Shown one piece after another: positions 7,702 through 16,139 of a DNA stretch of 32,003 nt. A program made the translations under genes and the position numbers. The notes under the pieces are model-generated. The model worked only from the letters and a program-made list of their open reading frames with translations. It did not search any database and was not told the origin of the DNA. Origin of the DNA: a virus (lineage: Duplodnaviria > Caudoviricetes); IMG/VR virus record IMGVR_UViG_3300037692_000028, positions 1-32,003 of that record; one strand, given 5' to 3'. How positions within the stretch are numbered: position 1 is the first letter of the stretch; the number at the start of each line of letters is the position of its first letter.

Positions 7702-8670
7702 TCACCACTCCACCAAGACAACACCATCTCCACCAGCACCGGCGCTGGCGTTAAGCACGTTACCACCGCCACCACCACCGTTTTCACCATCAAAACCTAC
7801 CGTGGCCGATCCAACCATATTTGATTTTGCCCCTCCACCGAAAAACGATCCGCCACCGTGGCCTCCCATAAAAAGTGACCCGGTTGTCCCTTGTGCAGCA
7901 GATCCGCCGCCGTTTCCAGTCGCGTTTAAATCCCCACCAACACCAACACCGGCAGTGCCGCCTTGGCCGCCAGGCGAAGCGCCTTGGCCGCCAGTTGCGG
8001 ATAGAAATGTGCCGAACGATGAGGCTCCACCGGCTGCACCGACCAGGCCGTTAGACTGGGCTGGGCCACCAGCTCCAACAGTTACCGTTACACTAGTGAC
8101 ACCAGTTAGATCAACAACACGAAAAGATGCGCCACCAGACCCGCCACCACCACCTGCCGTTGCGTTAATTCGTGAACCGGAGGCGCCTCCGCCGACCACT
8201 GTAATCTTTGGTTTTATGGCGCCAAGCTTCATAGCAAGTGGAACAGTCCATTCCGTGACGCCCGCCACTGTAAACGAAACGGCCCCATGTGACGCGAACT
8301 GCTGCCAGTAATCTGGCTCGCTGACCGGGTCTTTGAATCCTGCGACAGTCCCAGGCCCGCTATCCTGCAGCCATAAATAGAGTAGCCCATCACTTCCATA
8401 GACAAGGGCCGCGGCTTCATAGTCGCGCAGATCAGACCAGCCGAGGACGCCTTGCTTGTCCAAGATATCAAGCAGGCTGCTGTATTGGAAAAGCAGCTGA
8501 TTGAACTCAGCCGAGTTAACTTTCTCGAAGAATGGCCAGCCGTCCGGGGCGCTGGCGGGGCCGGCCACGGGGTCGCGATAACTCACGCCTTGGATCGGCG
8601 ACGGCGGGATAGTGGTCGATGCGTCCTCGGCGAAAATGCCGGGAGAAATCACGTCACGCGTTGAGGCCAT
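7702..8670 (-). CDS. Tail fibre protein with glycine-rich C-terminal domain
   Basis: N-terminal baseplate-attachment-like segment (DGWPF...EFNQL...QGVLGW), then VVGGGASG...GGASSFGTFLSATGG...GDGVVLVEW. Confidence 0.85.
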   Translation of the reverse strand: MASTRDVISPGIFAEDASTTIPPSPIQGVSYRDPVAGPASAPDGWPFFEKVNSAEFNQLLFQYSSLLDILDKQGVLGWSDLRDYEAAALVYGSDGLLYLWLQDSGPGTVAGFKDPVSEPDYWQQFASHGAVSFTVAGVTEWTVPLAMKLGAIKPKITVVGGGASGSRINATAGGGGGSGGASFRVVDLTGVTSVTVTVGAGGPAQSNGLVGAAGGASSFGTFLSATGGQGASPGGQGGTAGVGVGGDLNATGNGGGSAAQGTTGSLFMGGHGGGSFFGGGAKSNMVGSATVGFDGENGGGGGGNVLNASAGAGGDGVVLVEW

Positions 8671-9361
8671 AACCTACTCCTATGGGCGCAAGGTCTGGCG
8701 CGCCAAGATCACTATCGGGGGCGAACGCATTCGCCGGCTTGAAGAATACTTCTTTGATTCTGGATGTCGTTGGTAGTGGGATATTGTACTGGAAATCGGA
8801 CGTCTCGTCGGAAACCACGCGCAGTATCTCGGTAACCAGTGACGCGGGCGTAGTTCCTGCGAAAACAATCTCAAGATCAGACAGGCCAACATTGCGCACG
8901 CTGAGCGTAACGCCGTAGGCGAACTGAGCCCAATACTGAACTTCAGGAGCAGATCCGTATTTTGTCGAGTTTTTTGCGATCTTCGCCCGGATCAACCGCT
9001 TATAGCTGACGTCGCCGACCGGAACCTGTCCGGCAAGAGGCGCGCCGGTGACGTAAACCGGAGCCGAGTCGACGTGATTTGACCCGTCGTCAACCGTGAA
9101 ATAGAAGAGCGCGTCAGCGTCCTCAAGCGGCCTCGGCCATACCCCGACGATACGGCCAATAACATCAAGGTTTGCGCCCTGAGCAAGATCAAGCGTCCTG
9201 GCCGGAAGTGAGTCGATCAGCGCGTCATCCAGCTCCTGCACCTGATCGATCAGCGCGGTTTGGATTTGGCGCAACACTGGCGCGCGGCGATACACATCCA
9301 TCGTCCGCTGGCAGGCTATCGACTGCCAGTCTCTGCGGTAGATATCGAAATCGTCTGCCAT
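8654..9361 (-). CDS. Baseplate wedge protein (DUF2612-like)
   Basis: LDLAQGANLDVIGRIVG and YKRLIRAKIAKN motifs; follows baseplate J. Confidence 0.85.
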   Translation of the reverse strand: MADDFDIYRRDWQSIACQRTMDVYRRAPVLRQIQTALIDQVQELDDALIDSLPARTLDLAQGANLDVIGRIVGVWPRPLEDADALFYFTVDDGSNHVDSAPVYVTGAPLAGQVPVGDVSYKRLIRAKIAKNSTKYGSAPEVQYWAQFAYGVTLSVRNVGLSDLEIVFAGTTPASLVTEILRVVSDETSDFQYNIPLPTTSRIKEVFFKPANAFAPDSDLGAPDLAPIGVGYGLNA

Positions 9362-10584
9362 TACGGAGATACCGTCACGTCGATGTTTGCGTCGATAAAT
9401 TCGGCGAACTCATCCCACGGCACTGCAATATCGTCCTCGTCAGTAGGCGACGGGGACAGGCCGATGAATAGGGACACGACGCGGTGGCCAGACACAAAGT
9501 TGATCGGCGTGAAAAGGCGCGAATAGATGGCCGGTGAGCCTGGCGGAAATCCAGTTTCCGAGAAGCCGTCATCGATCCCAAGCGCCGGAGCCCCGCCTTG
9601 GGCGTAGGCAATGATAGCGTCCTTGATCCTCTGAATGCCGTCAGCCGGGAAAATATTAGGGTTTGTCACTTGAATGGTCAGCTCGACATAGATCGGCAGC
9701 GGATCAGGCCGAGTCCACTTGACTACATACGCCTCACCCTGCACGTCAAACAGGGTCAGCGATGAACTGCCAAACCATTCCGCGACGATGCCGGTGCGCT
9801 CAAGCAGAGTAAAAGCGATGTCCTCATCTGCGCCGCCAACGACAACCGCCGCCACGTTCTTGCCGGGGATACCGTTACTGTCGGTGACGAGCGTGTTGTT
9901 TTGCCTCACACGCGCATAGGTCACGCCTGGCACGTTGGCCAGGTTGGCGTATACGGACTCGACAGGAGACGACGCAGGCGCCATGGTCGAGCGATCACGG
10001 CGTATCCTTAGCTCTGTGTCAGTTTCGATGTTTCGACCAAGGATCGCGTCGCCGGCGTTCGTGACGCCAGCCCAGCCCGCTACCGGCGTCACGATGTTTA
10101 TCAGGGTGCCGGCAAGCGCAGCGACAGGGCCGAACACTTGACACTCTGCGCTGACTTCTACGGTTCCGGCGCCGTCAAGCGTCACGTCCTCGGTTGTCGC
10201 CCACTGGTTGACGTTGTTCACGTCAGACACAAGCTGCCCGGCCGGGATAAGCGTTGCCGGCGTGCCGGTGAGTGTGAGCGTGGCGATAGAAGGTGATGCG
10301 TCCAGCCGCGTCAGGCCGTTGAGCTGCACCAGCTTGGACTGTGACGCGCCAACGGCAGAGCCTGGATCAAACTGCTGATAGACAAGCTGCGCGGCCTCCC
10401 ACGCGCCGGCCACGCCCTCAAGCGGAACCTTGACCACCTGCATGGCCGGGTCTTCAGATCCAAAGTCTGGCTGCAGCGTTTCTTCTGATACCGGATCCAC
10501 TACGTTCGATAGCGACTCTTCAGCATCGCTCAGAACTTCGGCGAGCCGCTTATCCTCGAAGCCATCAGGGGTTACGCCAGCCAT
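9361..10584 (-). CDS. Baseplate J/gp47-like wedge protein
   Basis: FDPGSAVG, TPVAGWAGVTN, GRNIETDTELRIR, LANVPGV motifs. Confidence 0.92.
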   Translation of the reverse strand: MAGVTPDGFEDKRLAEVLSDAEESLSNVVDPVSEETLQPDFGSEDPAMQVVKVPLEGVAGAWEAAQLVYQQFDPGSAVGASQSKLVQLNGLTRLDASPSIATLTLTGTPATLIPAGQLVSDVNNVNQWATTEDVTLDGAGTVEVSAECQVFGPVAALAGTLINIVTPVAGWAGVTNAGDAILGRNIETDTELRIRRDRSTMAPASSPVESVYANLANVPGVTYARVRQNNTLVTDSNGIPGKNVAAVVVGGADEDIAFTLLERTGIVAEWFGSSSLTLFDVQGEAYVVKWTRPDPLPIYVELTIQVTNPNIFPADGIQRIKDAIIAYAQGGAPALGIDDGFSETGFPPGSPAIYSRLFTPINFVSGHRVVSLFIGLSPSPTDEDDIAVPWDEFAEFIDANIDVTVSP

Positions 10585-10585
10585 G

Positions 10586-10954
10586 TCAGACCTCTACCGA
10601 AAGTTGATCGCCTGATTGTAACCGCACTTCGACGGCAACGCTCACACGGCGAAACGAATCCTGGCTCACGGACAGCGAGTCAATGCGGCTGACATCAGGG
10701 TCGGAAAGGATTCGGCGCCGAATGATCGCGGCAACTTCCCCCTCTGATTTCTTGCCGCCAAGGATTCCATTTTCGCCGCTGTACGGGATGCCGTCCGTGT
10801 TGTCGAGATACCACTCGCCGAGCTGCGTGCTGAGCGACGTAAACAGGCGGTCACGCACGGCATCATTATCGGTCGATATAACGATCTTGCCACCGCTGAT
10901 CCTGTAGTCAGATTCGCCGATGCCATCGCGGCGCAGCAGGAAGGAAAAGGACAT
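10586..10954 (-). CDS. Baseplate wedge/sheath initiator (gp25/gp46-like)
   Basis: LGEWYLDNTDGIPY...IRRRILSDPDV; position between spike and J. Confidence 0.8.
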   Translation of the reverse strand: MSFSFLLRRDGIGESDYRISGGKIVISTDNDAVRDRLFTSLSTQLGEWYLDNTDGIPYSGENGILGGKKSEGEVAAIIRRRILSDPDVSRIDSLSVSQDSFRRVSVAVEVRLQSGDQLSVEV

Positions 10955-10955
10955 G

Positions 10956-11624
10956 TCAGACCTCCACGAAGTCGTTGGCGGTGACGGTTCCAGTGGTGGT
11001 TATATCGCCCATCTGGCCCATGTTGCCGGCAATCGCTAAGCCTCCGGTCATGTTGACGTTTCCGTTTATCGTTATGCCTTCTGGCGTCACGATGATTTCA
11101 GTCTCTCCGACCATGATTTTTACCTCGCTGTCCTTGACGCTGGCCACGGTCGTTCCTGTGCGGTTCTGGATGGTCAGAGAGTCAGTCGGGAAATTAGCGA
11201 TGGTCCCGCTCGCGCGCTGCGCGCCAGGGTAGAACATGGCGTCGGTGAAATCGCCGTGTCGCGGCGTCTGCATGTCCGGGGGCATGCGCACACCTTCGCC
11301 GTGCTGCCAGTTATCGAGGGCGCGATCCATAGCCACGATCACGCCGTCATCACCCGGCCGGATCGGCGGGCACACGAACAGGCCGAGCGTTGTCGAGCCG
11401 TAAATCATGATCGGCACGCCGCGGATGATCCTGTCGCCAAGCGGAGCCCGCACGCCTTCCAGGGTGACGGTTTTGCTGACAGCTACCATCACGTCGACAG
11501 TCGTGCCATCTGCGCTAACGGCCTGCACCACGCACGGCATGGCGCCCTCATAGTCGAGCAGCTGCCTGTCTATGGCAATGCGCAGGGCTTCGGCGTCTGG
11601 CGTATCAACGGTTGCGAGCGTCAT
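10956..11624 (-). CDS. Baseplate central spike (Gp138-like)
   Basis: OB-fold-like N-terminus, PIRPGDDG...DRALDNW...RHGDFTDAMFYPG, beta-repeat C-terminus; ATG overlaps hub stop (TGATG). Confidence 0.85.
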   Translation of the reverse strand: MTLATVDTPDAEALRIAIDRQLLDYEGAMPCVVQAVSADGTTVDVMVAVSKTVTLEGVRAPLGDRIIRGVPIMIYGSTTLGLFVCPPIRPGDDGVIVAMDRALDNWQHGEGVRMPPDMQTPRHGDFTDAMFYPGAQRASGTIANFPTDSLTIQNRTGTTVASVKDSEVKIMVGETEIIVTPEGITINGNVNMTGGLAIAGNMGQMGDITTTGTVTANDFVEV

Positions 11625-12493
11625 CAAAAAACCTTAAGCGATTGGGCCTTGAGCGTGGCCGGGCCGTGCGAGTCGAACGACAGGTTAACAGAGGTCGACT
11701 TGTAGCTCCCGTTTAGCGCCGGGTTGACCGAGGATTGAATCGTCATGCGGTCGCCTGGCTTCATGCGTGCGTCAAATTTGGCCGTGATTTCCACGCCCAC
11801 GTTTGCGGCAAGCGGCCCGTTTAGCAGCGGCACAGCGGTTATCAAATTTCGCTCGGAGGTGAAAAAGAAGTCGCGCCCGGTGTCGCGCTTATCGCTGACG
11901 GCTTGGAATATCCCGTCCTGCACCGACCAACTGAATCCGTACTGATCCGCCAGGCGGTTGAGTTGTGAGGTGGTCGAGCCGCCGAACTGCTGTCCCTTCT
12001 GGAATAGCTGGCCGTCCACGTCGATTTGCCCAATCGTGACGCCTGGTAGTGACGCGGCAATGTCCTGCACAACCGAGTTAATCGGTGTGCGACCGGCAAA
12101 CGAGCGGGCATAGGCGCCGCGCACCATTCCGCCGTAGCCGTCCAGCGCAGTCAGGCGCAGAACCACGTCAGCGCCCTGGCGCTCAGGTATGGCCGACAGG
12201 ATGCCGCCAGAGGCGACCAGTCCCGCGCTATCGGCTGACGACAGGTAGCCGGCGACGATCTGCAGTCGTGACAGGTTGCCACGCACCGATTGCAGGGTCT
12301 GCCGGCTCAGTCCCCATATGGCGACATCGATCTGATTCGGCGCGCCCGTCACGGTTTTGTTTGCGTTGAACGCCACGCGCAGGTTTTGATTCGTCCCGTC
12401 AGCAACGATCCGCACGGCCTCGCCAGTCAAGCCGCCGCCCTGCCAGTCGGCGAGTGGGCCAATGATGAGTTCGCAGTAGAGCAGGAAGTCCAT
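11624..12493 (-). CDS. Baseplate hub protein
   Basis: IWGLS...LQIVAGY...ALDG...FSWSVQDG; conserved position. Confidence 0.8.
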   Translation of the reverse strand: MDFLLYCELIIGPLADWQGGGLTGEAVRIVADGTNQNLRVAFNANKTVTGAPNQIDVAIWGLSRQTLQSVRGNLSRLQIVAGYLSSADSAGLVASGGILSAIPERQGADVVLRLTALDGYGGMVRGAYARSFAGRTPINSVVQDIAASLPGVTIGQIDVDGQLFQKGQQFGGSTTSQLNRLADQYGFSWSVQDGIFQAVSDKRDTGRDFFFTSERNLITAVPLLNGPLAANVGVEITAKFDARMKPGDRMTIQSSVNPALNGSYKSTSVNLSFDSHGPATLKAQSLKVF

Positions 12494-12888
12494 CAGGAAG
12501 GCGCCACGGTGCTGTACATTTCGCGAACGTCAAACGGGAATATTGGATCAACTCGCTGCACTTCCTCAAGCGCCTCCCATTCTCCAGGGGAAAACCACCA
12601 AAGCCTGGCAGTGTCGCCAAGGCTCGTTTCGGTATTGTTCTCGCCGCCAGTCGTGAAGATCCTGAATTGGCCGTACAGCCTTGTCAGTGTCGGGTCATAT
12701 GCCAGAACGTTTATTTCTGGAACAAGCGCAAGGCCGGTAGCAATGGAAATGCCATCAGCCTCTGACAGATCCATGTACCACCCAGGCACTCGACTGTTCC
12801 AGTATGCGCGGATTGTCAGCAGGTTTTGCCCGAGCAGAACCTGGATACGCCTATCGCCAGTGCTGTTTACCGGGAGGATCAGCATCAT
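12493..12888 (-). CDS. Small baseplate (plug-like) protein
   Basis: YWNSRVPGWYMDL...GLALVPEINVL; position upstream of hub. Confidence 0.7.
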   Translation of the reverse strand: MMLILPVNSTGDRRIQVLLGQNLLTIRAYWNSRVPGWYMDLSEADGISIATGLALVPEINVLAYDPTLTRLYGQFRIFTTGGENNTETSLGDTARLWWFSPGEWEALEEVQRVDPIFPFDVREMYSTVAPS

Positions 12889-13457
12889 TCGGACCCTCTG
12901 AGAATTTGGCTAAGCACGCTGCCGCTTCCGGCGCGCTCACGGTCTGATTGCGTCGGCTCTTTGGCCTCTACGCGCCCGCCGTCTGTTTGCGTGCTGGCGG
13001 TCTTGCGCACACCAGAGCCAAGCATCGACTCGGGCACAGTTGCGCGCTCAAGCGTTGCGCGCGGGATTTCTTGGAAGATAAGGCGGAAGCGCAGGGCGCC
13101 GGCAAACGGGCTGATGTGGTCGGCCAGGACGTTTACCATAGCCATGGATGGGTAGATACGGTGTCGGGTCACGACCTCATACAACCCACGGGCCTTGATC
13201 AGCGTGCGCATCGAGTCGAGGAAGGTCGCCGCCCGGTTGCCGTAGGACTGTCCCTGCTCGTCAAGGTTGGACATCGAGCATGATATTTCAAGGCCGTCCG
13301 GGTTTTCCACGATGTGATCGGCGGCGATTGCGTTCGACTCGATGGCGAAGTTCGTCGGCGTGGCCGAGAACGTGTGGAACTCGCCGGTTTTGCTGTCGAC
13401 ATCTGGGCCGTCAGTGATGACCGTCAGGTTTTCGCCGCTGAAAAGTGCTACTGCCAT
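12885..13457 (-). CDS. Dit-like tail tube initiator
   Basis: H-TFSATPTNFAIES...DHIVENP...VVTRHRIYPSM...FQEI; directly after TMP. Confidence 0.8.
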   Translation of the reverse strand: MAVALFSGENLTVITDGPDVDSKTGEFHTFSATPTNFAIESNAIAADHIVENPDGLEISCSMSNLDEQGQSYGNRAATFLDSMRTLIKARGLYEVVTRHRIYPSMAMVNVLADHISPFAGALRFRLIFQEIPRATLERATVPESMLGSGVRKTASTQTDGGRVEAKEPTQSDRERAGSGSVLSQILRGSE

Positions 13458-13466
13458 TTGCGACTC

Positions 13467-15038
13467 CTACCCGACTGTCGGCCCGGTTAATCCCGGTCGT
13501 GATTGTTGCACCACCTGGCCGAATCCGCCACGGTTGCCTATTTCATTTGCCACAGCAGCAGGGTTGCCGGCGCCGTTGACGTTGTTGGTGATGTTGTTGT
13601 TTATGGTCGAGTTGTTTCCGCCAGCGCTGTTCACGACCGAGGCCGGAACAGGTGCCGCAGCCTGCGCAGAAGATCCGAAGATGCCGCCGAACACATCGCC
13701 GATCCTGCCGGCGAGCTTTGACCCAAGGCCAAGGATGCGGTCGATTTGCTTCTGGAACAGGTCGCCCAGTACTTCAAACGGATTAGCCCCGGACAGCAGC
13801 TTTTCAATGGCGCTGAGCATATCGCCGAACCCATCAATCACTGCGCCGATGATATCGAATATCACGCCGCCCCACTGCTTAACCCCGGTCACAAGGGCGC
13901 CGCCGAAGATCGCGGCCACCTTGCCGAGCAATTCAAGCAGCGAGCCAATGGCGCCAGAGATTTCAGGGAATGCCGCCCGGAACTGCGATACCCACCCGCC
14001 GATGATCGAATCGCCACCAGTGAATGCCGAATACAGATCATCAAGAATCAGGATCACGGCGCCGATGGCGGCGGCTATGGCGATAAACGGCCACGTAGCA
14101 GCCACTACGGCGACCGCTACGGCCCCCAGGGCGATTGCAACAGTCACGGCGATGGCTTGGGTAGCGTCGAGCCCGGAAATCATGCTGTCGATAGGCCCGA
14201 GGAACGAAACAATCAGCCCGTAAACGTAGCCAACGGCATCGCCGAACATTGAGAATCCATCGGCCACGCCCTCAACCACCTGAGTGATAGCGGAAGAAAT
14301 GAATTCTCGGTTCGCTCCTATCCAATCGGTGAAGGTATCGAGGCTGTCAGCCATTGCCGGCAGCAGGCCGACCGCAATCGACTTGCCGAGGGCGTCAACG
14401 ACAGAGCGAGAATTGAGCAGAGAGTCTTGGAACCTGGCCGCCTTCTCCTTGGCGTTCTCGTCCAGCACCAGCCCGAGGCGCACGGCCTCTTCGCGCAGAT
14501 CCTCGATGCCGCCGCGGCCCTGCTGAATCAACTTGAGCGTGCCCGGGCTGATGCCCAGCTTCTCGGCAAACTGAACCTGGCGCTGCTTGCTCATGCCCTC
14601 GAATTTCTTCGCGATGTCGAGCAGCACATCGTCGGCCGACCGCAGCTCACCACTTGCGTTCCGTGCGCGGATACCGAGCTGATAAAAGGTCTGGTTGAAC
14701 TCGCCGGGGATCGGCGACGACATGGTTTTCGTCAGCTTGTCCAGATCGCCGCGCAGCTCGTCAGTAGTCCCGCCCGCGCGCTGCTGGGCGTATTCTAGCT
14801 TCTGGAGGTTTTCGTAAGTGATGCCTAGCGAATCAGCGAACTTGCCAGCCTGATCGATTGCTCCGGCCTGCTTGATGGCGTAGGCAGAGATTGCGCCAGC
14901 AGCGGCCACCAGGGCGGCGCCAGCGGCGACCGCGGCCTTTGCCACACCACCAACCAGCTTGCCGAAGTTATCGGCCTCACCGGCCGCCTTAGGGTCAACC
15001 TTGAGACCTAGGAGGGATACGAGCTCATCGACGATCAT
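13467..15038 (-). CDS. Tape measure protein (523 aa)
   Basis: MIVDELVSLLGL start, Ala/Gly-rich helical, hydrophobic segments, DDL...GGDSIIG motif; after chaperone pair. Confidence 0.9.
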   Translation of the reverse strand: MIVDELVSLLGLKVDPKAAGEADNFGKLVGGVAKAAVAAGAALVAAAGAISAYAIKQAGAIDQAGKFADSLGITYENLQKLEYAQQRAGGTTDELRGDLDKLTKTMSSPIPGEFNQTFYQLGIRARNASGELRSADDVLLDIAKKFEGMSKQRQVQFAEKLGISPGTLKLIQQGRGGIEDLREEAVRLGLVLDENAKEKAARFQDSLLNSRSVVDALGKSIAVGLLPAMADSLDTFTDWIGANREFISSAITQVVEGVADGFSMFGDAVGYVYGLIVSFLGPIDSMISGLDATQAIAVTVAIALGAVAVAVVAATWPFIAIAAAIGAVILILDDLYSAFTGGDSIIGGWVSQFRAAFPEISGAIGSLLELLGKVAAIFGGALVTGVKQWGGVIFDIIGAVIDGFGDMLSAIEKLLSGANPFEVLGDLFQKQIDRILGLGSKLAGRIGDVFGGIFGSSAQAAAPVPASVVNSAGGNNSTINNNITNNVNGAGNPAAVANEIGNRGGFGQVVQQSRPGLTGPTVG

Positions 15039-15292
15039 TGCCCTGCCCTCATTGATTCAGCTGCTACGTGAGATTGCCAATCAAGCCAATCGCTCAAGTC
15101 GAGCATGTCATGCATCTGCCAGATTTCACCCCAGGTATACCGCCAGTCGTTCAGGTCGCGAAGCGTGACGCCGAGGCCGCCCTTTAGCAGCCTCATCAGC
15201 ATGTAGTCAACCTGCCAGTCTTCCGGTATTTCGATGTTCGGTCGCCTGGCGCCAGAGTAATCTAGCCCTTGGCGCCGAACCCGAAAAAACCC
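15035..15292 (-). CDS. Tail assembly chaperone C-terminal extension (gpT-like, -1 frame)
   Basis: -1 frame is open from the slippery site to TGA 15037-15035: ...IEIPEDWQVDYMLMRLLKGGLGVTLRDLNDWRYTWGEIWQMHDMLDL... Confidence 0.8.
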   Translation of the reverse strand, partial: GFFRVRRQGLDYSGARRPNIEIPEDWQVDYMLMRLLKGGLGVTLRDLNDWRYTWGEIWQMHDMLDLSDWLDWQSHVAAESMRAGQ

Positions 15293-15705
15293 GCACAGTT
15301 CACCTTCAAGGCCCAGGCCAACACAAGCATCAGGTGGTCTGGGCGCTCGGCAAACCAGGCGTTCAAGGCGTGGTCATCGTGAAGCTTGCGGTCAGCGAAC
15401 AGGCGCCCGCGCACGCACTCCAGGGCACAATCGTACAGGCCATCGGCGTTGATCTTGCCAATGCCACCAGCGAGCGCCGACAGTAGCTTAGGCGTGTCCA
15501 TGATCAGCGCCAGCGGGCCTTCGTCTTTCGGCTCGCCTTCCTTCTGCGACTGGTAGCCCTCGATCAGCGAGCGGATGGCTTCGGCGTCGTCCATGGCGCC
15601 GGCCAACTGCTGGGCGACCTTGGTGGCCATGCGGCCAGCGATCAGCGGTTCCAATTTCAGCAGCCGGTACTGCTGGCCCCGGATTACTTCGGTTGCGTCG
15701 ATCAT
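15262..15705 (-). CDS. Tail assembly chaperone (gpG-like)
   Basis: Between tube and TMP; ends VNCAGFF over a slippery site. Confidence 0.85.
   Translation of the reverse strand: MIDATEVIRGQQYRLLKLEPLIAGRMATKVAQQLAGAMDDAEAIRSLIEGYQSQKEGEPKDEGPLALIMDTPKLLSALAGGIGKINADGLYDCALECVRGRLFADRKLHDDHALNAWFAERPDHLMLVLAWALKVNCAGFFGFGAKG
15283..15292 (-). promoter_or_regulatory. Programmed -1 frameshift slippery site G GGT TTT (TTC)
   Basis: X XXY YYZ heptamer in the correct phase a few codons before the chaperone stop. Confidence 0.8.
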
Positions 15706-15714
15706 GGGGCGCCC

Positions 15715-16128
15715 TTAGTTGTCGATGATTTTTTGGACGTTGAACACGACCGTTTGAGCAGAGGCAGCTTTTCCGCCCGTGCCGGTGGTGCCCATGCTGG
15801 AGATGGATACGCCTTCCAGTCGGATGCTGGCCAGGGCCGAGGTTACGACCTGGCCATTCATCAGGCGGGCGAGCGCTGACTTCTGCGCCTTGCTCCGAAT
15901 GCTGAGTGCGTCCAGGCTCGCGGAGTTCTGCTTGAAGTCGAGTTCGAAGGTGCCGCTCTGGTCGGTGCTGAACGTGGTGGTCGCGCTGTCAAAGCCGACC
16001 TCCATGCTAGATCCTTCCGTGTTGCGCACCACCCGAATGGAGTCGCCCGACATCAGGTCGACCATCGGGAAGCCGTCGATAATGACGGTGCAGAGCGCCT
16101 GATTGAGAAACTGCGTGTTTCGTGCCAT
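15715..16128 (-). CDS. Tail tube protein
   Basis: 137 aa after sheath; IIDG...MEVGFD...SGTFELDFKQNSAS; SD AAGGAG. Confidence 0.8.
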   Translation of the reverse strand: MARNTQFLNQALCTVIIDGFPMVDLMSGDSIRVVRNTEGSSMEVGFDSATTTFSTDQSGTFELDFKQNSASLDALSIRSKAQKSALARLMNGQVVTSALASIRLEGVSISSMGTTGTGGKAASAQTVVFNVQKIIDN

Positions 16129-16139
16129 GACGGCGCTCC

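Noticed and set aside
7451-8311. 286-aa Pro-rich + strand ORF
   Set aside because: Antisense shadow of the Gly-rich tail fibre (GGN codons read as Pro)
13342-14252. Long + strand ORFs opposite the TMP
   Set aside because: Antisense shadows in GC-rich coding DNA; no SD or motifs
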